DNA of 64,000 bases, taken from Vulcanimicrobiota bacterium (lineage in GTDB: Bacteria; Vulcanimicrobiota; Vulcanimicrobiia; Vulcanimicrobiales; Vulcanimicrobiaceae). This document shows, piece by piece, positions 10,323 through 22,462 of the stretch. How positions within the stretch are numbered: the stretch's first letter is position 1; every line of letters begins with the position of its first letter. The stretch lies in the NCBI GenBank assembly GCA_963812155.1, contig CAWETW010000003.1, positions 192,001 to 256,000 on the forward strand, in the 5' to 3' direction. The notes under the pieces were generated by a model. The model was given only the letters and a program-made list of their open reading frames with translations. It did no database searches and had not been told where the DNA came from. The translations under genes and the position numbers were made by a program.

Positions 10323-10331
10323 CTAGAAACA

Positions 10332-11054
10332 ATGCCTATGAACAGCTTCTTCCAGCCTACGGGTCAAGGTTGGTTTCAGATCGCCGATCTTGGTTTGGCT
10401 TTGGCGCTGTCGTCGCTGATCGGCCTCGAGCGCGAGCACCGGCAAAAAAGCGCGGGCTTGCGTACGTACACCCTCGTCGGCTTTGCAGCGGCGCTCATTA
10501 TGCTCGTTTCGAAGTACGGATTCTCGGACGTCATCGAGAACGGCCGTGTCGTACTCGATCCCTCACGTGTTGCCGCCCAGATCGTGACCGGCATAGGTTT
10601 CATCGGCGGTGGCGTCATCTTCATGAAGCGAGACGTCGTGCGCGGTCTGACGACGGCTGCCATCGTGTGGCTGACCGCAGCCGTCGGTATGGCATGTGGT
10701 GCTGGGCTACCGCTCCTCGCGATAGCCGTGACCGCCGGTCATTTCATCGTCGTTTCGGCCTTTCCGTATATTGCGCAGCTTCTTCCGGGATCGAACTACG
10801 CGACGGTTCCCGTCCGGCTCACCTATGAGGGCGGCCGCGGCACACTACGAAATGCGCTGGTCGCCTGTACGTCGAGGCATTACAGCGTTGGCGCAATTGA
10901 GGTCGAGCCGACGGGTCTTAGCGAAAATGTAGCGACGGTGATCATCACGCTCAACGGCGTCGAACGTAACGCGCCTCTCGCCTCGCTCTTGAGCGACGTT
11001 CCGGGAGCGCTGGCGGTGCGCGTGGGAAGCGAAAACGGGCAAAGCGATTCCTAG
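10332..11054 (+). CDS. MgtC/SapB family protein
   Basis: IGLERE..KSAGLRT, RVAAQIVTGIGFIGGG, GLTTAA motifs; C-terminal ACT-like domain. Confidence 0.92.
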   Translation: MPMNSFFQPTGQGWFQIADLGLALALSSLIGLEREHRQKSAGLRTYTLVGFAAALIMLVSKYGFSDVIENGRVVLDPSRVAAQIVTGIGFIGGGVIFMKRDVVRGLTTAAIVWLTAAVGMACGAGLPLLAIAVTAGHFIVVSAFPYIAQLLPGSNYATVPVRLTYEGGRGTLRNALVACTSRHYSVGAIEVEPTGLSENVATVIITLNGVERNAPLASLLSDVPGALAVRVGSENGQSDS

Positions 11055-11103
11055 CACTTTTCCGCGAAAGCGGGTTACCCCCCAAACGTGCAGGCTGCGC
11101 ACG

Positions 11104-13405
11104 CTAGGGCAGCGTGGGAACGACCGACGTGTGCGTGCCGTCTGTTTCGACGGCTATGGCGCCGCCTTCGTCGGTGCGGTAAATCGTCGCGCCGAAACGT
11201 TGCAGCGTGGCAATCGTTCCCGGCGCCGGATGACCGAAAAGATTGTGGCGCCCAACCGAGACGATCGCATAACGGGGACGAACGGCGGCGACGAATGCGG
11301 GCGTCGAGCCGTAGGCGGAGCCGTGATGCCCCACCTTGAGGATCTCGCACCGCAGGTTTACGCCCTCATTCAAAAAGCGCCGTTCGGCGGCGGCACCGGC
11401 GTCGCCGGTGAAGAGCATGCAGAAGGAGCGATAGCGTAAGACGAACGCGACCGAGTTCTCGTTGACGTCGTTGCGCGACCGCGCGATGAAGGGCAGCGAC
11501 GGACCGAGGAAATCGAGCGAAACGCCGTCGTCGAATCGCCAGCGCGCGCCGGCGCGAGGGTAGACCATCGGGACGCCTTCCGAATGTGCGGTCGCGAGCG
11601 CATCTTGATACGCATGGCCGCCGTAGCGCTGGCCACCGTCGGCGAACTCCGCAACGCGCAGGCGCCGAAGCACCGGTGCGACACCGCCCGCGTGGTCTCC
11701 GTGCGGATGGGAGAGTATGACGGCGTCGAGTGCGTGCACGCCGCCGCGCAACAGGAACGGCACCACGATCCGCTCGCCGATCGCTTCGGCAACCGAGTCG
11801 GCACCCGGTGCTCCGCGCTCGAGACGGCCGCCGGCATCCACGAGCAACGCGTGGCCGGCCGGCGTGCGCACCGCAATGGCGTCGGCTTGTCCGACGTCGA
11901 TGACGGTGATGCGCAACCGGCCGTTCGCGATCGCCGGCGGATCGAGCACGAACGCGGTCGCCAGCACCAACGCGGCTGCGGCGGGCGTGCGCGCACCGCG
12001 GCGCAGCAACGACGGCGCTGCGACGAGCGCCGCGTCGTAGGCGAGAATGCACCACGCCGGCGCCGGCGTCATCGGAATGCGGGCACCCGGAAGGCTCGAG
12101 AGCGTCCGCACCGCGCCAAGCATCAGCGCGAGCGGCCACGACTCCAGGTTCGCCGCCGCTTGCGCGAGCGGGGGCGACCACGTCAGCGCCAACTGCAGCG
12201 CGCCGAGTGCCATCGTCGCGCCGACGCACGGCACCACGGCAAGATTCGCGAGCAGCGCATACGGTGCGAACTGCAGGAATACCGCTGCGGTGAGCGGCCA
12301 CGTTCCACATTGCGTCGCCAGCGAGAGCACCAGTCCCTCGCGCACCGGTGCCGGCAAAGCACTGCGTGCGGCGATCCATCGTTCGATCGCGTTTGCGCAC
12401 GCGAAGATCGCGCCGACGCACGAGAACGACAGCGCGAAAGAAGCCGACGCGACGCTTTCCGGGCGAGCGAACGCAATCACGATCGCCGCGACGGCGAGCG
12501 CGTTCCACGAGAACGTCGCGCGACCGCAGGCGCGCGCGCAGAGCGCGGCCGTGGCCATCGTCGCGGCCCGAACCGCAGGCAGTGCATCGCCGCTGCACCA
12601 CGCGAACGCCCAAATCGCGAGCAATCGCAATGCTGCACGCGAGCCAACGGGGCAATGCAAACCACGACAGCACGCCCAGAACGAGCGCCGCGACCGCGCC
12701 GACGTGCAATCCGGCGGTGACGAGCACGTGCACGGTTCCGGTTTCTTGGAACTCCTCGCGCAAATCCGGCGGCAGCGCGGCCCGCTCGCCCCACAACTCG
12801 CCGGCGACGACCGAAGCGCCGGGTTCGCCGAGCCGCAACGCGAGTTGCGCGTGCGCCCATTCGTGCGCACGCGCCGGCCAGGCTCGCGCGTCCCATGGCG
12901 ACCCAGGCGCGGCCGACAGTACGGCTGCGCTTTCGATTTGCGCGTCGAGACCGCGGTCGCGCTGGATCGCGCGTTCGTTCGGCTCGCCCGGATTGCGCGC
13001 GTCGTCGAAGGGCGTCAACCTTCCGCGGACGACGACGTGCGAGCCGGGCGCCGGCGATTGGCCGGTGACGTGCACGAGCACGCGCACGCCACGGTCGAGT
13101 GCGGCGACGAGTCCCGCCGGTGTGCGTTCGAGCGCAACGCCGCCGTACTGCGCCGTCCGCTGCGGCGCGATCTCCACGTGGGAGCGGGCGACGCGCACTG
13201 CGTTCGCCGCGGCTGCGAATACACTCACGGCGAGCAGCGCGCGAAACCGCGGCGCCTTGCACGCGCCGGTAAACGCAAAGATCGCGAGGGCCACGAGCCC
13301 GGCGGCGACTGCGGCGCGCACGTCGAGCGAAAGCCCCTGCGCCGAAGCGGCGAGCGCTCCTAGAACGGCGGCGGCCGCGCAAAGGACGAGCGCGAAAGGC
13401 GGCAT
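11104..13405 (-). CDS. comEC: Competence protein ComEC/Rec2 (frameshift near 12620)
   Basis: GTVHVLVTAGLHVG competence domain plus MBL domain (DVGQAD, SHPHGDHAGG, KVGHHGS, GHP) split over two frames. Confidence 0.9.
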
Positions 13406-13500
13406 CGGGCATACCCCTGCGACGGGGTGCGGCACCGGAAAGGCGGACGGGGGAAGCTCGGCGCGCGGCCGAAACCTGCACGCCACACTGGAGGTGTGGC

Positions 13501-14856
13501 ATGGCGAACAAACTGCCGTCGCTCTCGCTCAGTTTCTTTTTTTTCGCGGTTCTAGCGGGGTGCTCGTCGTCTACGACGCCGGGGGTGAATCCGATCGCAG
13601 CTCGGCCTGCGCCTGCGAAAGCCGGCGGCGGTTCGGATGCCGACCCGAGCACCAAAATCAAACACGTTATCGTCATCATTCAAGAAAACCGAAGCTTCGT
13701 AAATCTTTTTTCGGGTTTCCCCGGGGCCGATGCTCCAACGTTCGGCTACGAACACGACGGTACCCAAGTGCCGCTGACCAAGATCGACTTCAAAGGCGCG
13801 AGCATCGCGCACGGATTCACGACTTCCCTCACCGATTGGAACAACGGTGCGATGAACGGTTTCGACTTGAGCAACCCTTCGGCACCGCTGTATCCGTACT
13901 CGTACCTGGATCCGACCGTGGTGGAGCCGTACTTGAGCATGGCGAGTACGTACGTCCTCGCCGACCAGATGTTTCCGACCCAGTTCGGAGGGAGTTTTTC
14001 GGCCCACCTCAATCTCGTAGCCGGAACGGATAAGCTCAACTCAAAGCTTGCGGTGACGGATTACGCGACAAACATGCCATGGGGGTGCGACGCCCCGAGC
14101 GGCACGCGATCCTTCGTCGTCAACTCCAAGCGCGCCGAGAGCAACAAAGGCCCCTTCCCATGCTTCACGCAGTTTAAGACGATGGCCGATACGCTCGATG
14201 CGGCGGGCGTTTTGTGGAAATACTACGCGCCGCAAACCGTCGGATGCCCGAGTCAATGCGACAACGGCGGATTGGAATGGTCGGCGTTCGACGCTATCGA
14301 CAAGGTGCGAAACGGACCGGATTGGAGCAACGTCATCTATCCTCAGACGACGATTCTCCAAGACGCTCCCAACGGGAATCTTGCATCGGTTTCCTGGGTC
14401 GTTCCGGATCACAAAGATTCGGATCACCCCGACAGTCAAAGCGACACGGGTCCGTCATGGGTAGCGTCGGTCGTCAATGCGATCGGCCAATCCCAATATT
14501 GGAATTCTTCCGCCATCGTCGTCGTGTGGGACGACTGGGGCGGCTGGTACGACGACGCACCCCCGCCGCAAAAGAACTTCTTAGGGCTCGGGATCAGAGT
14601 CGGTTGCATCATCATCTCGCCGTACGCAAAGCACCAAGTCATTCACACGCAATACGAATACGGCAGCATTCTACGGTTCATCGAGCAAACGTTTAAGCTT
14701 GCGTCGCTGGGTTCTACCGACAAGCGAGCCACCAGCATCGTCGACAGCTTTAACTTTAGGCAGTCTCCGCGCCCGTTCGTACCGATCCAGGCGAAGTATC
14801 CGCCTTCGCATTTCTTGCACGAGCGGCCGTCCTTGCAGCCGCCCGACAGCGAATAG
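13501..14856 (+). CDS. Phosphoesterase / phospholipase C lipoprotein, paralog 2
   Basis: Lipobox LAGC; QENRSFV, SDHP, WDDWGGWYD motifs; GGAGG SD. Confidence 0.88.
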   Translation: MANKLPSLSLSFFFFAVLAGCSSSTTPGVNPIAARPAPAKAGGGSDADPSTKIKHVIVIIQENRSFVNLFSGFPGADAPTFGYEHDGTQVPLTKIDFKGASIAHGFTTSLTDWNNGAMNGFDLSNPSAPLYPYSYLDPTVVEPYLSMASTYVLADQMFPTQFGGSFSAHLNLVAGTDKLNSKLAVTDYATNMPWGCDAPSGTRSFVVNSKRAESNKGPFPCFTQFKTMADTLDAAGVLWKYYAPQTVGCPSQCDNGGLEWSAFDAIDKVRNGPDWSNVIYPQTTILQDAPNGNLASVSWVVPDHKDSDHPDSQSDTGPSWVASVVNAIGQSQYWNSSAIVVVWDDWGGWYDDAPPPQKNFLGLGIRVGCIIISPYAKHQVIHTQYEYGSILRFIEQTFKLASLGSTDKRATSIVDSFNFRQSPRPFVPIQAKYPPSHFLHERPSLQPPDSE

Positions 14857-14865
14857 AAACGTTCG

Positions 14866-15795
14866 TTGCGCATCATCGTCACCGGCGGCGCCGGCTTCAT
14901 CGGGTCGCACGTCGCCGACGCCTACGTTGCGGCCGGACACGACGTGCTCGTGCTGGATTCGCTCTGGGAGCACGGCGGCGGCCGGCGCGAGAATGTGCCG
15001 CAACGCGCGCAGTTCGTGCAGGCGGACATCTGCGACGGGGACGTCGCGCGAATATTCGACGAGTTTCGGCCGGAGATCGTCAATCACCACGCCGCGCAGC
15101 ACTCGGTCGCGATCTCCACGCGCGATCCGGTCTACGACGCGCGGGTCAACGTCACCGGATTGCTCAACGTTCTCGAAAGCGCCGTGCGAACCAAGACGCG
15201 CAAGGTGATCTTTGCGTCGAGCGGCGCGACGTTCGGCAATCCCGAGCGACTGCCGATTACCGACGATACGCCGCAGCGGCCGACGTCACCGTACGCCATC
15301 ACGAAGATGGCTGCGGAGCATTACTTGCGGTTTTATCGCGACGAAAAGGGTTTGGATTTCACCGCCTTGCGCTACGGCAACGTTTTCGGCCCGCGGCAAG
15401 ATCCCAACGGCGAAGCCGGCGTGATCGCGATTTTCGCGGCGGCGTTCGTGCGCCGCGAGGGCGTGCGCATCGACTGGGACGGCGAGCAGACGCGCGACTA
15501 CGTCTACGCCGCCGACGTCGCGCGCGCGAATCTCGCAGCGCTCGAGCGTGGATCGGGCGGCTGCTACGTCATCGGTACCGGCGTCAAAACCAGCGTGAAT
15601 GCGATCCATCGGGCGCTCGCCGAGATCGCCGGGTTCGACGCGCCGATCGTTCGTGCGCCGCGGCGGCCCGGCGACGCTCGCGACGCGCAGTTCGATGCCG
15701 CCGGTGCGCGCCGCGACCTCGGCTGGTCGCCCTCGACGCCGCTTCTCGACGGCATGCGCGCGACCTACGCATATTTCAGCGACGCGTCACGGTGA
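14866..15795 (+). CDS. NAD-dependent epimerase/dehydratase (UDP-glucose 4-epimerase-like)
   Basis: [13 protein letters not shown] (YxxxK), [10 protein letters not shown] motifs. Confidence 0.9.
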   Translation: MRIIVTGGAGFIGSHVADAYVAAGHDVLVLDSLWEHGGGRRENVPQRAQFVQADICDGDVARIFDEFRPEIVNHHAAQHSVAISTRDPVYDARVNVTGLLNVLESAVRTKTRKVIFASSGATFGNPERLPITDDTPQRPTSPYAITKMAAEHYLRFYRDEKGLDFTALRYGNVFGPRQDPNGEAGVIAIFAAAFVRREGVRIDWDGEQTRDYVYAADVARANLAALERGSGGCYVIGTGVKTSVNAIHRALAEIAGFDAPIVRAPRRPGDARDAQFDAAGARRDLGWSPSTPLLDGMRATYAYFSDASR

Positions 15796-18265
15796 TACGA
15801 CGAGGTTGAGCAGCCGGTCGGGAACGTAGATGCGTTTGCGCAGCTGTTTGCCGTCGATCTGCGCGCGCACGTTGTGCTCGGCCGCCGCCAATGCGTAGGC
15901 GTGCTCTTCGTCGAGCCCCGGCGGCACGCCGAGGCGCGCGCGAATTTTGCCGTTGACCTGAACGACGAGGGTGATTTCGTCGAGCGCCAGCGCGCGTTCG
16001 TCGGGCTGGAGGTAGGCTTCCAGATGGACCGATCGCTCGTGACCGAAGCGCTCCCACAGCTCCTCGGCGAGATGCGGTGCAAACGGCGCCAGCAGGATCG
16101 GCAACGCGTGCGCCGCGTACCGCGTGGCCGGCGATTCGGGCATGCGTTGGGCCGCCAGCGTAAGCGCGTTGACGAGTTCGTCGAGTTTCGCGATCGTCGC
16201 ATTGTAGTGAAAGCGACGAGTCGTCGTTTCGTCGAGCGCCGATTTCGCGGCGATCGCGACGGCGCGCAACAGCGCCTTCTCCTCCGCCGACGCCGCATCG
16301 GGCAGCACGCGAGTGCCGGTGCTTCGCGCCGTCTCGAAAAACGGCTCGCACGCGCGCCACGCGCGATTGACAAATCGCACGCGGCCGCTGATGCCGTCCT
16401 CGCTCCACTCGCTGGTATCTTCCGGCGGGGTCACGTACAGCACGAAGAGCCGCATCGCATCGACGCCGCTGCGCGCGGCGGTTTCGTCGATTCCGACGAC
16501 GTTGCCGTGCGATTTCGACATCTTCTGTCCGCCCCTGAGCACCATGCCCTGGTGGAAGAGGCGCTCGAACGGCTCGTCGCGACCGGCGACCCAGCCTTGG
16601 TCGGCGAAGAATTTGTAGAAGAAACGCGAGTAGAGCAAGTGCAGCACCGCGTGTTCGGCTCCGCCGAGATATTGGTCGACGTTCATCCACGCGGATGCGT
16701 CGGCGCGTTCCCACGCAGCGCGTGCGTCGTGCGGGTCGAGATAGCGCAAGTAATACCACGAGGATTCGAAAAACGTATCCATCGTGTCGCTCTCGCGGCG
16801 CGCGGGGCCGCCGCATTTCGGGCAGGTCGTCTCCACGAACGACGCGACGTGCGCGAGCGGCGATCCTTCGCCGGTCACCTGCACGCCGAGCGGCAGCACG
16901 ACCGGCAGTTGCTCGTCGGGAACCGGCACCTCGCCGCAGCCATCGCAATAGACGATCGGAATCGGCGTGCCCCAGTACCGCTGGCGCGAGACGAGCCAAT
17001 CGCGCAGACGGGTCGTCACCGTTTTTTCGCCGTCGCCAATCGCTGCGAGGCGTTGCGCGATCGCATCGCGCGCCCGCTCGCTGGTCATGCCGGTGAAGTC
17101 GCCGCTATCCACCAGCACGCCGTCGTCGACGAACGGCGCGGCGGAATCGGATGCTTCGCCGTTCGCCGGCACGATCGTGGATACGACCGGCAGTTCGTTA
17201 CGGCGCGCAAAATCGAAGTCGCGTTCGTCGTGCGCGGGCACGCCCATTACCGCGCCGGTACCGTATTCCGCCAGCACGTAGTTGGTCACCCAAATCGGGA
17301 CGCGCTGCCCCGACAGCGGATTGACGGCATACGCGCCCGTGAATAAGCCCTGTTTCTCCATGAGACTGGTGCGTTCGAGTTCGGATTTCGAACGCAGGCT
17401 GTCGGCGAACGAAGCCATCGCCGCGGCGCGCTCGGGCGCAACGATGCCGGCGATGCGAGCGGCCAGTGGATGTTCGGGCGCAATCGCGACGAACGTAGCG
17501 CCGAAGACGGTGTCGACGCGCGTCGTGAAGACGTCGAGGTTCGCATCGAGTCCTTCGATGCGAAAGGCAAATCGAACACCCTCGCTGCGGCCGATCCAAT
17601 TGCGCTGCATCGCAATCGTGCGTTCCGGCCAGTCGGGAAGGTCGTCGAGATCGGCGAGCAGGCGATCGGCGTATGCCGTGAATTTTCAAGAACCATTGCG
17701 AGAGGTTGCGACGCTCGACCAGATGGTGGCAGCGCCAGCAGCGGCCGTCCTCGACCTGCTCGTTGGCGAGCACGGTTTTATCGTGCGGGCACCAGTTGAC
17801 CGGCGCTTCGCGTTTGTACGCCAAACCGCGTTCGTAGAGGCGTAGAAAAAGCCACTGATTCCAGCGGTAATACTCGGGATCGCACGTCGCGAATTCGCGC
17901 GTCCAGTCGTAGCTCGTTCCGAGTACGCGCAACTGGCGCTCCATGTTTGCGATGTTCGACGACGTCCACTCGGCCGGGTCGATGCCGCGCGCGATCGCGG
18001 CGTTCTCCGCCGGAAGTCCGAAGGCGTCGAAGCCCATCGGGTGCAGCACGTTATAGCCGAGCATGCGCATCATGCGGGCAATCGCGTCGCCTATCGTATA
18101 GTTCTTGGCGTGACCGACGTGCAGATCGCCCGACGGGTACGGCAGCATCTCGCAGACATAGTATTTCGGGCGCGCGTCGTCCGAGCGCGCGCGATAGATG
18201 CCTTCGCGCTCCCAGCGCTCCTGCCACTTGCGCTCGACGCTTCTGAAATCGTAGGCCTCGGCCAT
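15787..18265 (-). CDS. leuS: Leucine--tRNA ligase (frameshift near 17681)
   Basis: [13 protein letters not shown] (HIGH), FTTRVDT editing domain, SRQRYWG, KMSKS. Confidence 0.96.
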
Positions 18266-18338
18266 AGGCGCCATGGTACACGCTCGGTGCGCAAACGCGC
18301 TACCTTTCAGGTCGGCCGGACGCGCGTGATGGAATCGC

Positions 18339-18974
18339 ATGATCGTTCGCATCGGGGTTCTGGCGGGAGTGCTGGCGTTGGCCGCCGCGGCATTATGGCA
18401 TCCGGCTCCTCGCCCGGCCGTTACGACGGAGGCCGCACCGGCCGGCGGCGGTCGAAACGCCGAGCCTCACGCCGCACGCGTCGGGTCGCGGCGTACCGGC
18501 GAGCGCGGCGGTATCGTTTACGTGGCCGGCGCGGTGCGGCGCCCCGGTCTCTATCCTGCGAATTCCGGCGAACGCGCTGCCGCTGCGGTTGCGAATGCGG
18601 GCGGGTTCGCACCGGGCGCCGACCCTGCGGGCGTCAACCTGGCAGCTCCCGTCAGCGACGGCGACGAGATCTACGTGCCGCTCGCCGGTGAAGCCCCGCG
18701 TTCGGCTTCCACGAGCCGGCGGCACGCGCATCGTCGCGGTTCGCACCGCCGCGACGTCCAGGCGAACGCGCCCGAACCCTCGAGCGTCGACGTCAACGCG
18801 GCCGGCGAGGACGAGCTTGCGGGCGTCCCCGGAATCGGTGCGGCCATCGCGGCGCGAATCGTCGCCCTGCGCGCCGTCGACGGTGCGTTTACCTCGCTCG
18901 ATCAGCTGCTCGACGTCTCCGGCATGACGCAGACGCGATTGGAGCGCGCGCGTCCGTATCTGCGCGACCCATAG
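18339..18974 (+). CDS. comEA: ComEA family DNA-binding protein
   Basis: N-terminal TM, SLBB domain (VAGAVRRPG...VNLA), HhH domain (VNAA..EL..VPGIG). Confidence 0.88.
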   Translation: MIVRIGVLAGVLALAAAALWHPAPRPAVTTEAAPAGGGRNAEPHAARVGSRRTGERGGIVYVAGAVRRPGLYPANSGERAAAAVANAGGFAPGADPAGVNLAAPVSDGDEIYVPLAGEAPRSASTSRRHAHRRGSHRRDVQANAPEPSSVDVNAAGEDELAGVPGIGAAIAARIVALRAVDGAFTSLDQLLDVSGMTQTRLERARPYLRDP

Positions 18975-19025
18975 AGGTTCCTCACTCTAGGAACCTCGCA
19001 AGGCCGAGCGAAGTCGAAGTGCCTC

Positions 19026-20828
19026 ATGACCGCGGAGCTTCCGCCGAAAGAAACGCTCCCGCAACTCGTCCGCAGCGCGCTTGAGCCGCCGCGCGACGAC
19101 GTTTTGAACGAGCGCGTCGACGGTGTTTGGACGCCGATCTCGTCGGCGCGGCTGCTCGAACGCATCGAAAACGTCGCGTGCGCCATTCGAGCGTCGGGCA
19201 TCGCGCCGGGCGACCGCGTCGCACTCGCCGCCCACGACTGCATCGACTGGCTCGTCACGGATTTCGGAACGATCTTCGCCGGCTGCGTCGTCGTTCCGAT
19301 CTATCCGACGCAAGCGCTCGATCACGTCGCGTATATTTTGCGCCATTCGGAGGCGAAGTTGCTGTTCGCCGATTCCGGCGCGACGCTCGAGCGCGTGCGC
19401 GGCAGCGGCGCCGGCGTCGACCGGGCGGTCGTCTTCGATTCGGCCGGCGACGACGGCCTGGCAGCGTTCGAAGGCCGCGGCGCGGCAGCGCGTACCGGTA
19501 CGGCCGACATTCCCGCTGCATACGAAGCCGCGTTGCACCCCGACGACCTGGCCGTGTTGATCTACACCTCGGGAACCACCGGCGATCCCAAAGGCGTGAT
19601 GCTTTCGCACGACAACGTCGGATTCGATGCGCGTTCGGCGTTGAAGTGCGGCCTCGACGGACTCGTCGAGGGGAATCCGGTGCTTTCCGTGTTGCCGTTC
19701 TCGCATATCTTCGAACACACCATCGCGTACGTTTATCTGCTCGCGCGCGTGCGGTACTTCATCTGCCACGATACGGGCGAGCTGCGCGACGATATGCGCG
19801 ACGTGCGCCCGTCGGTGATGACGAGCGTGCCGCGCATCTTCGACCGCGTGCTGGCCGGCGTTTCGGGCAGGGCTATGAAGGCCGGCGGGCTGCAAGGCAA
19901 ACTCGTCCCTTGGGCGCTTGCCGCCGGACGCGCGTACGCGCGCGCGATGGCGTTCGGCGGCCGCGTCTCACCGGCTCTCGCGCTGCGCTACGCGATCGCC
20001 AACCGGCTCGTGCTGCGCAAAGTGCGCGCCGCGCTCGGCCTCGATCGCATGAAGTTCTTCGTGAGCGGCAGTGCGGCGCTGCACGTCGACACGGCGATGA
20101 CGTTCTTAGGGTTGGGCGTGCCGATCATGCAAGGCTACGGTCTCACGGAAACCTCGCCCGTGATCACGGCCAGCCGCCTCTCCGCGAACGAATACGGCGC
20201 TTCGGGAAAACCGATTCCCGGCGTCGACGTGCGCGTCGCCGAGGACGGCGAGATTCTCACGCGCGGACGGCACGTGATGCGCGGCTACTATCGCGATCCG
20301 GATGCGACGGCGGCCACCATCGTCGACGGGTGGCTGCACACGGGCGACATCGGCGAGATCGACGCGCTTGGGTTCTTGCGAATTACCGATCGCAAGCGCG
20401 AAGTTTTCAAGACCGACACCGGAAAGTGGATTTCGCCGGCGCGCATCGAGAGCGCAATCAAGCGCTCCGTCTTCGTTGCGCAGGCGATGGTCGTCGGCAG
20501 CGGGCGTCCGCACCCGGCGGCACTCGTCTGCCCCAATTGGGACTTGTTGCGCATCGAACTCACTCTTCCGGCGGAGGCGCCCCCCGAAACGCTTGCCGCC
20601 CGTGAAGACGTCAAGGCGTTCGTCTCGCGCCTCGTCGAGAAGCAGACGCGCGAACTCGCGACGTTCGAGCAAGTGCGGCGGGTCATCGTGATTCCGCACG
20701 AGTTCAGCGTCGAGGGCGGAGAGCTATCGCCCGCCATGAAGATCAAGCGCCGGGTGGTCGAAACCCGCTACGCGCCCGCAATCGATCTCGCCTATGGCGT
20801 CGATCTGCACGCTCACGCGCCGGCGTGA
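19026..20828 (+). CDS. Long-chain fatty acid--CoA ligase
   Basis: IYTSGTTGDPKG, QGYGLTE, GWLHTGDIG, ITDRK motifs. Confidence 0.92.
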   Translation: MTAELPPKETLPQLVRSALEPPRDDVLNERVDGVWTPISSARLLERIENVACAIRASGIAPGDRVALAAHDCIDWLVTDFGTIFAGCVVVPIYPTQALDHVAYILRHSEAKLLFADSGATLERVRGSGAGVDRAVVFDSAGDDGLAAFEGRGAAARTGTADIPAAYEAALHPDDLAVLIYTSGTTGDPKGVMLSHDNVGFDARSALKCGLDGLVEGNPVLSVLPFSHIFEHTIAYVYLLARVRYFICHDTGELRDDMRDVRPSVMTSVPRIFDRVLAGVSGRAMKAGGLQGKLVPWALAAGRAYARAMAFGGRVSPALALRYAIANRLVLRKVRAALGLDRMKFFVSGSAALHVDTAMTFLGLGVPIMQGYGLTETSPVITASRLSANEYGASGKPIPGVDVRVAEDGEILTRGRHVMRGYYRDPDATAATIVDGWLHTGDIGEIDALGFLRITDRKREVFKTDTGKWISPARIESAIKRSVFVAQAMVVGSGRPHPAALVCPNWDLLRIELTLPAEAPPETLAAREDVKAFVSRLVEKQTRELATFEQVRRVIVIPHEFSVEGGELSPAMKIKRRVVETRYAPAIDLAYGVDLHAHAPA

Positions 20829-20917
20829 CGGGGCGCTTTTGACGGAACTTTGATTGAGCGCGGCTCGGTTGCGAAAGGGACGCGTGCCGTGAGCCCTAAC
20901 TTTGGGACCAATCCCCG

Positions 20918-22462
20918 TTGGAGGTTTCGTTGAGGTTACGACTTCGATCGTCGCGTACCGCATTGACGGTTGCCTTTGCCGTGCTCGGCGCGCTTCCGGT
21001 GGCCGCGGCCGCCGCCGCCCCGCCGCCGATTCCCAAGCTCACGCCCGATGCCGTCACGCACCACACGATCGTGCTCGGCGGCCGCAGCCTGGCCTATGCC
21101 GCACGTGCCGGCACGATCACGCTGCGCAATACCGACGATCAGGCGACGGCGCGCGTTTTCTACACGGCCTACACCCTCGATGGCGCCGAACCGGCACACC
21201 GCCCGGTCACGTTCCTCTATAACGGCGGTCCGGGAAGTTCGACGATTTGGCTGCGGATGGGATCCTTCGGTCCGGTGCGCGTGCAGGCCGGCAGCAACGG
21301 GACGATCACGCCGGGGCCGCCTTACAACCTCGCGTCAAACCGCTACAGCCTGCTCGATACGACCGATCTCGTGTTCATCGACATGCCGGGCAGCGGATAC
21401 GGGCGCATCATCGGCGCCGGGAAGCCGAAAGATTTTTGGGGCGTCGATCAAGATGCCGATGCGTTCGCGCAGTTCATCCAGCGCTACCTCACCAACTTCA
21501 ATCGCTGGAACTCACCGAAATTTCTGTTCGGCGAATCGTACGGCACCACGCGCTCGGCGGTGCTGTCGGGCGTCCTCGCGCAGCGCGGTATCGGATTGAA
21601 CGGCATCGTGCTGCTTTCGTCGTTCCTCAATCCGACGGTCGACTACAACGACGGAGCGCCGATCGGCGGCGGCGACTGGGCTTACGTGCTCTATCTGCCG
21701 ACCGAAACCGCCACGGCGTGGTATCACCACGCCGTTCCCGGCTCGCCGGGACTGAGCGGGCTGATCGCCGAGACGAAACGCTTTGCGCTCGGCGAATACC
21801 TCGACGGGCTGGCGGCGGGCGCGCAAATCGACCCCAATCGCTACAACGACATCGTCGCGAAACTCCATCGCTACACCGGTCTTTCGGAGCAGTACATTCG
21901 CAACTCGAACTTGCGCATTCCGTACGACCGCTTCGAAAACGAGTTGTTGCGGCAGCGCGGGATCACCGTCGGCCGTCTCGACGGACGGTTTGCGACCTAC
22001 GTGCTCGATCGTCCCGAAATATCGCCCGATTGGGACGCCACCGACGCGGCCATCGACTCGGCGTTCGTCTCTACCGGCAACTACTACATGCAGCAGGTGC
22101 TCAAGTACGATCCGCCCCTGCTCTACCGCAGCGAGATTTACGACCTTATCTACGCCGACGGCAACAGCTGGGATTTCAAACACGGCGGCAATCCGCAGAC
22201 GTTCAACGTCGCGCCCGATCTGGCGCAGACGATGACGTATAACCCACGTCTGAAGATATTCTCCGCCAACGGCTACTTCGATTTCGCCACGCCGTTCTTC
22301 GCGACGCAATACGTGCTCACGCATCTCTACATCGCGCCGTCGCTGCAGCGGAACATTACGTACGGCTTTTACGAATCGGGACACATGGTCTATCTGCACC
22401 CGGCGGCGCTGGCAAAGTTCCACGCCGATCTCGAACGCTGGTATGCGATGGTGCTGCGCTAA
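20918..22462 (+). CDS. Secreted serine carboxypeptidase (peptidase S10), paralog 1
   Basis: NGGPGSS, GESYGT (Ser), GYFD (Asp), ESGHM (His); exact start uncertain. Confidence 0.9.
   Translation: MEVSLRLRLRSSRTALTVAFAVLGALPVAAAAAAPPPIPKLTPDAVTHHTIVLGGRSLAYAARAGTITLRNTDDQATARVFYTAYTLDGAEPAHRPVTFLYNGGPGSSTIWLRMGSFGPVRVQAGSNGTITPGPPYNLASNRYSLLDTTDLVFIDMPGSGYGRIIGAGKPKDFWGVDQDADAFAQFIQRYLTNFNRWNSPKFLFGESYGTTRSAVLSGVLAQRGIGLNGIVLLSSFLNPTVDYNDGAPIGGGDWAYVLYLPTETATAWYHHAVPGSPGLSGLIAETKRFALGEYLDGLAAGAQIDPNRYNDIVAKLHRYTGLSEQYIRNSNLRIPYDRFENELLRQRGITVGRLDGRFATYVLDRPEISPDWDATDAAIDSAFVSTGNYYMQQVLKYDPPLLYRSEIYDLIYADGNSWDFKHGGNPQTFNVAPDLAQTMTYNPRLKIFSANGYFDFATPFFATQYVLTHLYIAPSLQRNITYGFYESGHMVYLHPAALAKFHADLERWYAMVLR

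Noticed and set aside
17670..17695. Programmed frameshift in leuS
   Set aside because: No slippery heptamer; one of many indels, so sequencing error is more parsimonious
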